55,901 nt of DNA from a virus. The position numbers and the translations under genes were made by a program. Position 1 is the first letter of the stretch, and every line of letters begins with the position of its first letter. The notes beneath the pieces were generated by a model that ran no database searches, was not told where the DNA came from, and saw nothing but the letters and a program-made list of their open reading frames with translations. This document shows, piece after piece, positions 33,508 through 41,313 of this stretch. The stretch lies in the IMG/VR virus record IMGVR_UViG_3300045988_171564. One strand, written 5' to 3'.

Positions 33508-33873
33508 ATGACTGAAACGATTTATGAAATAGGCGAGCGTTTATGCCGTACTTATAATCGCCAACATCAAAGCGGCGATTGCAGCGGATGCCCATTGGCC
33601 GAAGAACACGAAAATATGGAATGCCTTGCCGCAACAATTGGTTGCTTAAACATCAAGAATGTTGAAAAGCAATTGGAGTTGATGCGTAAGTGGGCGGAAG
33701 AGCACCCGGTTAAAACGTATAAGGACGTTTTTCTCGAAAAGTTTCCGAAAGCTACAATACTAGACGGGAATACGACGCTGATTTGCAAGAATAATGTTTT
33801 TGGAGCATCGTATGATTGTCTACGCATGAGCAGTTGTGAAAAGTGCTGGAACGAGCCGTACAAGAAGGAATGA
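33508..33873 (+). CDS. Hypothetical Cys-rich protein (intact paralog)
   Basis: ATG 33508 follows AAGGAG. See 33158..33500. Confidence 0.55.
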   Translation: MTETIYEIGERLCRTYNRQHQSGDCSGCPLAEEHENMECLAATIGCLNIKNVEKQLELMRKWAEEHPVKTYKDVFLEKFPKATILDGNTTLICKNNVFGASYDCLRMSSCEKCWNEPYKKE

Positions 33874-33876
33874 AAC

Positions 33877-34287
33877 ATGTGGATAGAAGTGAACGAGAGG
33901 CTAATCAATCTGGACGGCGTGATTGAAGCCCACTATGAAGATGGCGAATTGATAATGTACTTCGTGGACGGCGACGAGGCAAGCTATGTAGTGAGCCGCG
34001 ACAAATGGGAGGAAATACGGAAAACCATTGCGGCGTTGATGCACAAGAACGATGAGATGGTTTATTATATCTCGCCGTGTGGCAGCGGTGGAAAAGGTGG
34101 AATCTCGTGCGGGTCATCGTTTCAGCCCGACGAGAATGCACCGGATGGAAGCTCGTATATAGATTATGACGGGCGCGAAGTCGTAAAAAGAAATGGTCAA
34201 TGGGAAAAATGGTATGCTTATGGCGGCGGAGATTGGAGGAATGACAATGAGCGCAGAAGTGAAGGTCACAGTAAAAATGATCCTTGA
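33877..34287 (+). CDS. Hypothetical protein
   Basis: 136-aa ORF. Confidence 0.5.
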   Translation: MWIEVNERLINLDGVIEAHYEDGELIMYFVDGDEASYVVSRDKWEEIRKTIAALMHKNDEMVYYISPCGSGGKGGISCGSSFQPDENAPDGSSYIDYDGREVVKRNGQWEKWYAYGGGDWRNDNERRSEGHSKNDP

Positions 34288-34489
34288 ACGACTTGGTGTT
34301 GACCAGCCGGTCAAGCTGTTAATTGTCGATGTTGTCAATGAAAGTAATTTGCTAGAACCACCTATTGTGTCTGCACCTGAACCGTTACTGAAGTCGTTGC
34401 GTCGGGAAGTCCTTGATTCTGCCGTTATGAAGATTGCAAGTATTTCCGTTGACGGCAAGTCGGCAACTGAGATATATTACGAGGAGTGA
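34247..34489 (+). CDS. Hypothetical protein
   Basis: ATG 34247 lies 7 nt after GGAGGA. 80 aa. Confidence 0.45.
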   Translation: MSAEVKVTVKMILERLGVDQPVKLLIVDVVNESNLLEPPIVSAPEPLLKSLRREVLDSAVMKIASISVDGKSATEIYYEE

Positions 34490-34495
34490 TGAAGC

Positions 34496-34708
34496 ATGAC
34501 TATAAATGATTTGCTAAAGGTGATCGAAGAACACACGCTGCTGACGCTGACACAGGAAGACGACCCTTTTATGGAGGCAGACATAATAGCTTGCGCCGCT
34601 CGAAGCATGGTGCGAGATGAGATATTTGATAAAGAGGTTACGCGGGTTACGGCAAGCAGCGGTCAATTAAAGGTATATTTTGCGAGCGATAAGGAGGTTC
34701 AGCCATAA
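34496..34708 (+). CDS. Hypothetical protein
   Basis: 70-aa ORF. Confidence 0.45.
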   Translation: MTINDLLKVIEEHTLLTLTQEDDPFMEADIIACAARSMVRDEIFDKEVTRVTASSGQLKVYFASDKEVQP

Positions 34709-35004
34709 TGCAGCAGACGTTTACTATCTCATTAGACGTTGACACTGAGGGCATTGCCCGCCGTATTACCGACAACGCCGAACAAACTATAATTGACAGG
34801 ATATATGCAGACATCGAAAGGCAGTATCTTGGAGCTGACTGGAACCGCAAGTATTATTATAGCAAGTTGGTCGGAAAAGCGGCTGAAAAGTTTCTGGATG
34901 AACATAAAGACGAAATCATAAGCCGTGTCGTGTCGCAATATTTGAATTGGGCAAAACACAGTCCAAATGTACGAAAGGCAGTTAAGGAAGTGACGGCAGA
35001 TTGA
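34708..35004 (+). CDS. Hypothetical protein
   Basis: ATAATG overlap with the upstream stop. 98 aa. Confidence 0.5.
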   Translation: MQQTFTISLDVDTEGIARRITDNAEQTIIDRIYADIERQYLGADWNRKYYYSKLVGKAAEKFLDEHKDEIISRVVSQYLNWAKHSPNVRKAVKEVTAD

Positions 35005-35009
35005 AGTTT

Positions 35010-35087
35010 ATGCAGATAGCCGGACTGATACTGCTTTGCTCGGTAATGATACTGATATTGCTGGCCTGCCAGGGAGGTAATGACTGA
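35010..35087 (+). CDS. Possible 25-aa hydrophobic peptide
   Basis: MQIAGLILLCSVMILILLACQGGND. Weak SD. Confidence 0.3.
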   Translation: MQIAGLILLCSVMILILLACQGGND

Positions 35088-35203
35088 TGGATTTTTCTGA
35101 AATCGTTGATAAGATCATGTATGTATTGCTTGCCCTCACGCTTTTGGGAGTGACGGTGATTGTGGTAGTTTTAGCAGCATGTTTTATAAAGATGATATTT
35201 TAG
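35087..35203 (+). CDS. Possible 38-aa single-TM peptide
   Basis: GGGAGG SD. TGATG overlap. MDFSEIVDKIMYVLLALTLLGVTVIVVVLAACFIKMIF. Confidence 0.4.
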   Translation: MDFSEIVDKIMYVLLALTLLGVTVIVVVLAACFIKMIF

Positions 35204-35214
35204 GTGGTGTACAG

Positions 35215-35874
35215 ATGCGTCCGGAGATAGAAAGAGAAACCCGCGAAATGTATGAACTGCATCGCGCCGGGATGACAATAGCCGAACTGGAGGCTAAATA
35301 CTATGTATCGGGACGGGCTATAAGCGAGCGCTTTCGAGTGCTCGCCCTGCCCAGGGTTAAATGGGCAAGGCCGTATAAGATCAGCGAGGCACAGGCGCGG
35401 GAAATGCACGAATTGCGCCTGAAAGGGGTATCTTATGCACACATAGCGCGCAAGTATGGCGTGGCCAAAGCGACGGTGTTCAATGCGCTTGCGCGGCATG
35501 GGTTTAGCAACACCAATCAAAACGAAAGTTATGAGGAAATAAGCAACGTGAATAACGGAATGACGCTTAACGAATATCAGATGGCGGCACAGCGTACCAG
35601 CGCGGGCAAGAACAAGCTTGATAACGGCTGTCTCGGTTTGGCGGGCGAAAGCGGTGAATGCTGCGACATACTCAAGAAGCACAGATTTCAGGGGCATGAG
35701 CTGGACATAAATCACCTGATCGAAGAACTGGGTGACGTAATGTGGTATGTGGCCGAAGCGGCAGCGGGTATTGGAGTGACGCTGGAAGATGTGGCGAAGC
35801 GCAATGTCGAAAAGCTGGAACGCCGCTATCCGTCGGGCTTTGACGCACAGCGCAGTATGCACAGGGGGGCGTAA
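35215..35874 (+). CDS. Fusion of tandem HTH motifs with a MazG-like NTP pyrophosphohydrolase domain
   Basis: C-terminal half LNEYQ..GLAGESGECCDILKKH..LIEELGDVMWYVAEAA..NVEKLERRY carries the MazG-type E-x2-E / E-x2-D metal motifs. The N-terminal half has two resolvase-type HTH units. Confidence 0.7.
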   Translation: MRPEIERETREMYELHRAGMTIAELEAKYYVSGRAISERFRVLALPRVKWARPYKISEAQAREMHELRLKGVSYAHIARKYGVAKATVFNALARHGFSNTNQNESYEEISNVNNGMTLNEYQMAAQRTSAGKNKLDNGCLGLAGESGECCDILKKHRFQGHELDINHLIEELGDVMWYVAEAAAGIGVTLEDVAKRNVEKLERRYPSGFDAQRSMHRGA

Positions 35875-35878
35875 AGAT

Positions 35879-36454
35879 ATGCCGTCAAAAGTCGGGGAAA
35901 AGTCGCGGCAAATCTTAGCCCAGCGCGGGCGCGACCGCAAGCAGGCCCAGCGCACGCAAGCGTTGGAAGACAGCCCAAATCGCATACTTATCAGCGCTGC
36001 AATGGCCGTATACTCAATGCCTCCGCTCAATCTCAATGACCCAATGGCGGTAGCGGAGCGCGTGCAATGGTACTTTGACCAATGCTCCAACAACGGCATA
36101 CCGCCGGGCGTGGCTGGGCTGGCTAACGCGCTGGGCGTAACGCGCGCGACTATCTTTGCGTGGGCAAACGGCGAGACGCGCAGTGACGATAAGCGGTACA
36201 TGTATACGGCGCGGCGCGCGCTAAGTCTGCTTGAAGCGGTTTGGGAATCCAACATGCAAACCGGCATGATTGATTCGGGCGTGGGCAAGCTCATCGGGCA
36301 AAATAACTTTGGTTATGTGACGGGCAACGTCGAAGCGCCGTCCCATCGCGTGGCCTCCGCGCCAGAGCTGCAAAGCGTGGAAGTAATCGAAGCAAAGTAT
36401 CTGCCCGAATCGACCGGCGAAAAAGCAAGCGACGAAAAGAGCGAGGGCAATTAA
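35879..36454 (+). CDS. terS: Terminase small subunit
   Basis: ERVQWYFDQCSNNGIPPGVAGLANALGVTRATIFAWANG is the typical TerS HTH region. It is separated from terL by 9 kb. Confidence 0.65.
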   Translation: MPSKVGEKSRQILAQRGRDRKQAQRTQALEDSPNRILISAAMAVYSMPPLNLNDPMAVAERVQWYFDQCSNNGIPPGVAGLANALGVTRATIFAWANGETRSDDKRYMYTARRALSLLEAVWESNMQTGMIDSGVGKLIGQNNFGYVTGNVEAPSHRVASAPELQSVEVIEAKYLPESTGEKASDEKSEGN

Positions 36455-36470
36455 CCCTCGCTCTTCTTTG
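36439..36470. terminator. Bidirectional hairpin between convergent terS and the minus-strand operon
   Basis: GAGCGAGGG-caattaa-CCCTCGCTC. The loop contains the terS stop codon. Confidence 0.6.
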
Positions 36471-36471
36471 C

Positions 36472-37536
36472 TCATTTAACAGGCCGTATAGTAGGCACTA
36501 TTTCGCCCTTATCGCCATTTATCAGCATGGGCGGCAGCCACTTGACTACTATCTTGCGGTCAACGGATTCTTTCGCGCCCGTCCAAAACGAATGATAGTG
36601 CCCGCGCCGTATATGCGCGATGGGCGAGGCGTGCTTCCTATGTTCAGGCTGCTGCTCCGCTTCGTCGTTAATCTCTTTCACCTTTTGGCGGTCAAGGCGT
36701 ATAGCCGCCCCTATGCGCGTGCCGACGTTAGTGATATTCGTCCGGCGCGGCGGGCGCTCGGGCGTATAGGTGGTGTACGTGGGCTTTGCCTTTACACTGC
36801 GTGGCCGATTGTCATAGTCGGGTTCGTCGGTGCAGAGGTAGAGCAGCAGGTTGATAATCTTGCGGAAAATGTTTTCAGATTCGCCATAGCCGACTACACC
36901 GTTAAGGACCTTGCTCAATAACTCGGGGTTGCGCCCAAACGCATTGTGCGTGTCAGTCAAATATTGCAAAGCCGAGGCGCATCTTAATCCCTTGACTGCT
37001 TCTTCAATTGTGCCCTCAAGTGGACACACATCCGCATCGATACGGTTGCCGTCGGCGTCGAGGGCGATTACCGTCAGCTCTTTTTGCCGATTGTGGGAGT
37101 TCCACTTGATCCACGCAAAAAACCCATCGGCAGGAATTGGCGCATCAAAGATTATGCTGCGCGCGTGAAGCTGGACATATACGCACGGGACGGGGAAGCG
37201 TAAAAGCACGTCGCCGGGTATCTCGCCGGGGAAGTCCTGCTCAATAAGCTCTTTTTCAAGGATTTCGTCAAAAGCAAAAATCTGCTTTGACTTACGCCAC
37301 AAATATGCGGCCTCAACATTCAGAATATCGGCTGCATATTCGAGCATATTTATAGTGGTAAGACCGTACTGCTTGCAGACGGCGGCGTACCCCGCGCCGG
37401 TAGGCAGCGCCGCCCAGTCAGGCCAAGCGCCTTCTGCCTTTGCTTCCTCGCGTATAGCGGGCAGCGAATCCAGCTTATCAAATGCGCGCATCATTTCGCG
37501 CTCGATTTTCTTTGTAAAGATTTCAGGCGCCAGCAT
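36472..37536 (-). CDS. Hypothetical 354-aa protein (last gene of the minus-strand module)
   Basis: Long clean ORF. C-terminal AHIRRGHYHSFWTG..KWLPPMLIN motif. No family recognised by eye. Confidence 0.6.
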   Translation of the reverse strand: MLAPEIFTKKIEREMMRAFDKLDSLPAIREEAKAEGAWPDWAALPTGAGYAAVCKQYGLTTINMLEYAADILNVEAAYLWRKSKQIFAFDEILEKELIEQDFPGEIPGDVLLRFPVPCVYVQLHARSIIFDAPIPADGFFAWIKWNSHNRQKELTVIALDADGNRIDADVCPLEGTIEEAVKGLRCASALQYLTDTHNAFGRNPELLSKVLNGVVGYGESENIFRKIINLLLYLCTDEPDYDNRPRSVKAKPTYTTYTPERPPRRTNITNVGTRIGAAIRLDRQKVKEINDEAEQQPEHRKHASPIAHIRRGHYHSFWTGAKESVDRKIVVKWLPPMLINGDKGEIVPTIRPVK

Positions 37537-37537
37537 C

Positions 37538-37795
37538 TCACCGCCCCCTAAAGATTACTTTCCAAAATCCAACGAAGTTCCGAAACTCCAGCCACACAAC
37601 GGATCGGATAAGCCGCCCGTGCATAACGTGCGGATTCTCTGCGCTTAAAGCGTCGCGGATTATCATCTCAAATTCTGGCGATACGTTTTCACTAGCAGCC
37701 AATATCCGGGCTTTAGCTGCTTCAATCGCGGCGTCGTTTTCTTCTGGGGTCGCCTGCTTTGCCTCTTTGTATCTTTTATATAGCTTTAACATCAT
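37538..37795 (-). CDS. Hypothetical 85-aa protein
   Basis: ATG 37795 follows AAAGGGG. Preceded by the internal promoter. Confidence 0.5.
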   Translation of the reverse strand: MMLKLYKRYKEAKQATPEENDAAIEAAKARILAASENVSPEFEMIIRDALSAENPHVMHGRLIRSVVWLEFRNFVGFWKVIFRGR

Positions 37796-37880
37796 GTTAC
37801 CCCTTTCTAAAAAAATGTGGAAAAAGGAATACTTTTGAAGTCTTGACTTTGCTGGCAAGGAAATGTACTAGAACAATGCC

Positions 37881-37909
37881 ATTATATCAAAAAGCGTTCC
37901 TTTTTGCAA
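37881..37909 (-). promoter_or_regulatory. Internal promoter of the minus-strand module
   Basis: Minus strand reads TTGCAA (37909-37904), 17-nt spacer, TATAAT (37886-37881). Confidence 0.6.
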
Positions 37910-37947
37910 AGAAAATGCCGCTCATACGAGCGACACTAAACTATTGC

Positions 37948-37999
37948 GGGGTTATGGCGAAACGAAACGATTGGGGGTTATGGCGAAACGGAACGACTG
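37948..37999. repeat. 26-bp tandem duplication spanning the 3' end of gene 37952..38353
   Basis: GGGGTTATGGCGAAACGAAACGATTG followed by GGGGTTATGGCGAAACGGAACGACTG, with 2 mismatches. Confidence 0.9.
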
Positions 38000-38353
38000 A
38001 GGCTTATAATCATTGGCATCGCGATCGTAGTGCCACAGCGTCAGATCAACGCCGTAACATGCGCAAGCGTACATGACGGCCGTCGTGCATGGCGTTAGCC
38101 CCGTCACAACAACGTTCAGCGGTTCGCCGACAACTATTGTAGTGTCATCCCAGCCGTTAATGGCGCTGCCGATCGCATTGCGCGGACTACAATGCTCGTA
38201 CACATATTTGTCCGCGATGTGGAGCAGCCTCGCGAAATCGAGAACGTTCTCGATTTCACCATAAATGTATTCATCCACCGGTAGTGGATGCCGTCCGGCG
38301 CACAAACCAACCACGCGCTTCCCGGACGCTATAACATCATTCAAAGTTTGCAT
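37952..38353 (-). CDS. Hypothetical 133-aa protein
   Basis: Alternating beta/alpha pattern (VVGLCAGRH ... LNVVVTGLTPCTTAVMYACACYG). No family recognised. Confidence 0.55.
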   Translation of the reverse strand: MQTLNDVIASGKRVVGLCAGRHPLPVDEYIYGEIENVLDFARLLHIADKYVYEHCSPRNAIGSAINGWDDTTIVVGEPLNVVVTGLTPCTTAVMYACACYGVDLTLWHYDRDANDYKPQSFRFAITPNRFVSP

Positions 38354-38398
38354 ATCGTCTTTCCTCCATGCCCGGCGCTTTTTTGCGCCCGCGGCTAT

Positions 38399-39238
38399 TT
38401 ATCTCTTGGCCAACATTCTTTTCAGCACTCTCAACCATTGCGGCTTATCCAAGTCGCGTAAATCCTCGCCGCGCCGGAGCGTGCCGCCAACGCGCACATA
38501 TTCGCGTTCCGGTCGGGAACGGCTTGACCTGCCCGCAATCAGCCATTCGACCGCCGCTTGAATTTCTTCCGGCGGTATGCGCGGAACCGTATACCGCGTG
38601 ATGCCGTCCGGATTACGATAGATGCAGCTACCGTAACGCGGCAGGTTTTCCGCGCCCGCAACGCCGATTATGTTGCGGCTGTCCTGCGCGGTCGGGCACC
38701 TGAGCGCAACGCGCGCGTCAATGTTGACAGCGATTTGCCCGTTGATTAAATCGCGCGTCGGGCGCTGGGTTGCGGCGATTACGTGTACGTTCGCCGCGCG
38801 CCCAAGCTGGGTAAGCCGCGCAAGCAGCGGTGTTACCTCCTTTTTGCTGGTAGTCATGAGGTCGGCCAGCTCATCGATAATGACGTATACAGCCGGTTCC
38901 CCGTAAAACTTACGTTCAGCGGGGTTCGAGCGCTCCATCATTATCCTGTAGCGATTATCCATCAGCCTGACCACGCTTTCCAACGTGCGGATAATGTCGT
39001 CCGGCTCCGTTGCGTGCATTGCCGTCTGAGGCAAGCACGCATAGTCAATCAACTCGACCCGCTTGGGGTCGATGAGGTATAGGTTGGGCGCCTTGTGCTC
39101 ATGAAGCGCGCCGAGCAGGTGGTAAATCAGGTTATGCAGCAACACCGATTTGCCCGAGCCGGTTGCGCCTGCTATAAGAAGATGAGGTTGATTAACCATG
39201 TCCATGAAAGGCTTATACCTTGTAAATGACCGCTCCAT
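38399..39238 (-). CDS. FtsK/SpoIIIE-family ATPase (motor domain only, no TM segment)
   Basis: Walker A LLIAGATGSGKSVLL. Walker B VYVIIDELADLM. VHVIAATQRP and ARVALRC motifs. Confidence 0.8.
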   Translation of the reverse strand: MERSFTRYKPFMDMVNQPHLLIAGATGSGKSVLLHNLIYHLLGALHEHKAPNLYLIDPKRVELIDYACLPQTAMHATEPDDIIRTLESVVRLMDNRYRIMMERSNPAERKFYGEPAVYVIIDELADLMTTSKKEVTPLLARLTQLGRAANVHVIAATQRPTRDLINGQIAVNIDARVALRCPTAQDSRNIIGVAGAENLPRYGSCIYRNPDGITRYTVPRIPPEEIQAAVEWLIAGRSSRSRPEREYVRVGGTLRRGEDLRDLDKPQWLRVLKRMLAKR

Positions 39239-39286
39239 ATGTTACGCGCGCGTATAGGCGCGATTCACCTCCTTGGATGCCCTAAT

Positions 39287-39976
39287 TTATTCGTAAATTT
39301 CGTCAAAATCGCAAACTTCGTCATCGCCGCCGACGTCGGCATTGCCATAGACTTTAGCACCATTGTAGACCTCGGCGCAACCGTTCACCTCGGCACTGCC
39401 GTAAACTTCGGCACAACCATGTATCGAGGCATTATCATAAATCTCCGCGTCATCGTAAATCTCAGCATCGTCGGAGACTTCTGCTTCTCCGTGCACTTGA
39501 GCGTTGCCATAAACATTGGCGCCGCCGTAGACCTCGGCACTGTCGTACACGCGGGCGTTGTCGTATACCTTAGGCCAATCATATATTCTGGCGTGGCCGT
39601 AAACTTTCGCGGCGCCGTATACATCACCGCCGTGTACATTGGCATCGCCGTATACCTCGGCATTGCCGTAAACGTGGGTGGTTTCGACGTAGGCATTGCC
39701 GTACACGCGGGCATTGTCATAAATGTGGCCGTCCATAATGCAAGCGTTTCCGCCGACTTTGGCATCGTCACATACTATGGTGCCGCCGTAAATTTTAGCA
39801 TCATCGTATACCCAAGCGCTGCCGTCGTCGCTTATATCACCGTCGTACTCGACCCAGCCGCCCACGTCGCCCGCGTGAACGTCACCGAAATCGCGCAGCG
39901 CCTTAACGCGGTATACCGTATATATCTCGTCTACTATCATGGACTCTTCTTTGACCAGCTCATACTTCTTTCCCAT
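39287..39976 (-). CDS. Beta-helix-type hexad-repeat protein, paralog A
   Basis: N-term YELV..YRVKALRDFGDVHAGDVGGWVE, then about 25 six-residue units (xVYGxA: AEVYGD ANVHGG...). The start is set at MGKKYELV by analogy with paralog B. Confidence 0.7.
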   Translation of the reverse strand: MGKKYELVKEESMIVDEIYTVYRVKALRDFGDVHAGDVGGWVEYDGDISDDGSAWVYDDAKIYGGTIVCDDAKVGGNACIMDGHIYDNARVYGNAYVETTHVYGNAEVYGDANVHGGDVYGAAKVYGHARIYDWPKVYDNARVYDSAEVYGGANVYGNAQVHGEAEVSDDAEIYDDAEIYDNASIHGCAEVYGSAEVNGCAEVYNGAKVYGNADVGGDDEVCDFDEIYE

Positions 39977-40046
39977 TTTGTCCTCCATGCGTATATATTA
40001 GCCGGGCTTGTGACCGGCTCGCCGCATTATCGGCCCGTTTGGGCCG

Positions 40047-41015
40047 TCACTCTGCGTAAAGCCTATCCAGCTTTTCACAAAGCGCCTCATGCTGCTGCCA
40101 AGTAATCTTACCGGCCAGCAGCGCGTTACCGATTTTGCCGCCCATATAGCGGCGCTTACGCTCGCTGACGCTGTACCCGCTCCAGCGCGCGGCCCACTTG
40201 ACAGCCGCGCGGCTGCCATCTACCACGTCCCAAAGATTGAGACGCGTTGCGGCCGTGAAAGCGCGTGCGACGGCCATATTGCAGCGCCACATCTCTGCGG
40301 TGTCGCCGTCGCCGTCAACCTCGTCTAAGGCGACGTCGAACGTGCGGCCAGTCGCCGCGATTGTAACCGTGACGCTCCAGCGCGCGCCAAAGTCGCCGCA
40401 GTTCATGTCATCACAGCCGACAATCAAATCGCCGACTGTGGACGTCGCCCACACTGCGCCGCCTGCGGGATTAAAGTACCCGCCGCCGTTATGCGCGTAA
40501 TCAGGGTTAGCAAAATCATTAGTCTCTTCGCCCCAGCAGTTTATTAGCAGGGGCTTCAGTCCGTGCTTTACAGGCTTGTTGATGCTCTTAATTTTCATGT
40601 TATTCTCCTCCACTTTTCTGTTCATTTCGCCGCTTGCTGTTATGCGACGACGGCGCCCCGTCGCACGCGCAAAAAACGTGCGGGTCTCCAAATCGCAAAT
40701 CACATTTTCAGCGTCGTTCAAAAACGTGATGTGCGGGTATATTACGCGGCGGTATCCCATCGCCACAATCAGACCGCGCGGGCCTAACCACTGTACGTCA
40801 TCGTACAGTTTGGTTTGCACGGCCTCTTCACGCTCCATAACGTCGCGAGCCTTGCGGCATTCTGCCGCGCACGCAAACGCATACTTGCGCTTGCGTGTGC
40901 GCTGATACATGTTGTAATACGCCTGCGCGGTTACTACCGCGCGGCGGATTACGAGTACGTCGCGTTCGTACATGGCGCGTACTTCCTGAGCAACCTTTTT
41001 AATGTTCTTATCCAT
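40047..41015 (-). CDS. Hypothetical protein (322 aa; an internal SD plus ATG at 40597 could give a shorter product)
   Basis: ATG 41015 follows GGAGGG. GGAGGAG precedes the internal MKIKSINK. No motif recognised. Confidence 0.5.
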   Translation of the reverse strand: MDKNIKKVAQEVRAMYERDVLVIRRAVVTAQAYYNMYQRTRKRKYAFACAAECRKARDVMEREEAVQTKLYDDVQWLGPRGLIVAMGYRRVIYPHITFLNDAENVICDLETRTFFARATGRRRRITASGEMNRKVEENNMKIKSINKPVKHGLKPLLINCWGEETNDFANPDYAHNGGGYFNPAGGAVWATSTVGDLIVGCDDMNCGDFGARWSVTVTIAATGRTFDVALDEVDGDGDTAEMWRCNMAVARAFTAATRLNLWDVVDGSRAAVKWAARWSGYSVSERKRRYMGGKIGNALLAGKITWQQHEALCEKLDRLYAE

Positions 41016-41049
41016 TTTTCCCTCCAATTACTCCAATGTTCGGCATTTA

Positions 41050-41280
41050 TTACTCTTGTTCAAAAGCCTTTGACGCCCAAACACCTTTATGGGCGTCCGC
41101 ACGCCGAGGGTTACTCGGCTCGCCGTCTGCGTCTACCGCGTACAAGCGTACGCAGTAGTACTTGTCGCGCCCAGCCTCAAAGCCTGCGCGCGCCGCGTCC
41201 ATGCCCAGCTCGTCAACGTCGCGCTCCACGTCGTCGCGTGCCAAATCCTTTATGCTGTCCATGGCCGCCCGCCATGCCAT
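41050..41280 (-). CDS. Hypothetical 76-aa protein
   Basis: ORF only. Confidence 0.45.
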   Translation of the reverse strand: MAWRAAMDSIKDLARDDVERDVDELGMDAARAGFEAGRDKYYCVRLYAVDADGEPSNPRRADAHKGVWASKAFEQE

Positions 41281-41313
41281 ACCCGCCTCGACATTCGATT
41301 ACCACTTTGTAGT

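Noticed and set aside
35200-36294. 364-aa minus-strand ORF antisense to the MazG-fusion and terS genes
   Set aside because: The plus-strand genes carry recognisable MazG and TerS motifs and good SD sites. The antisense ORF has no SD and a low-complexity, Arg/Ala/Cys-rich composition.
39977-40046. A possible third, degenerate hammerhead upstream of hexad-repeat paralog A, given the shared GCATGGAGG context with paralog B
   Set aside because: The minus strand shows two hairpins (GGCCCAAACGGGCC and AGCCGGUCACAAGCCCGGCU) but no CUGANGA or GAAA core. These are more simply terminator or processing hairpins after gene 40047..41015.
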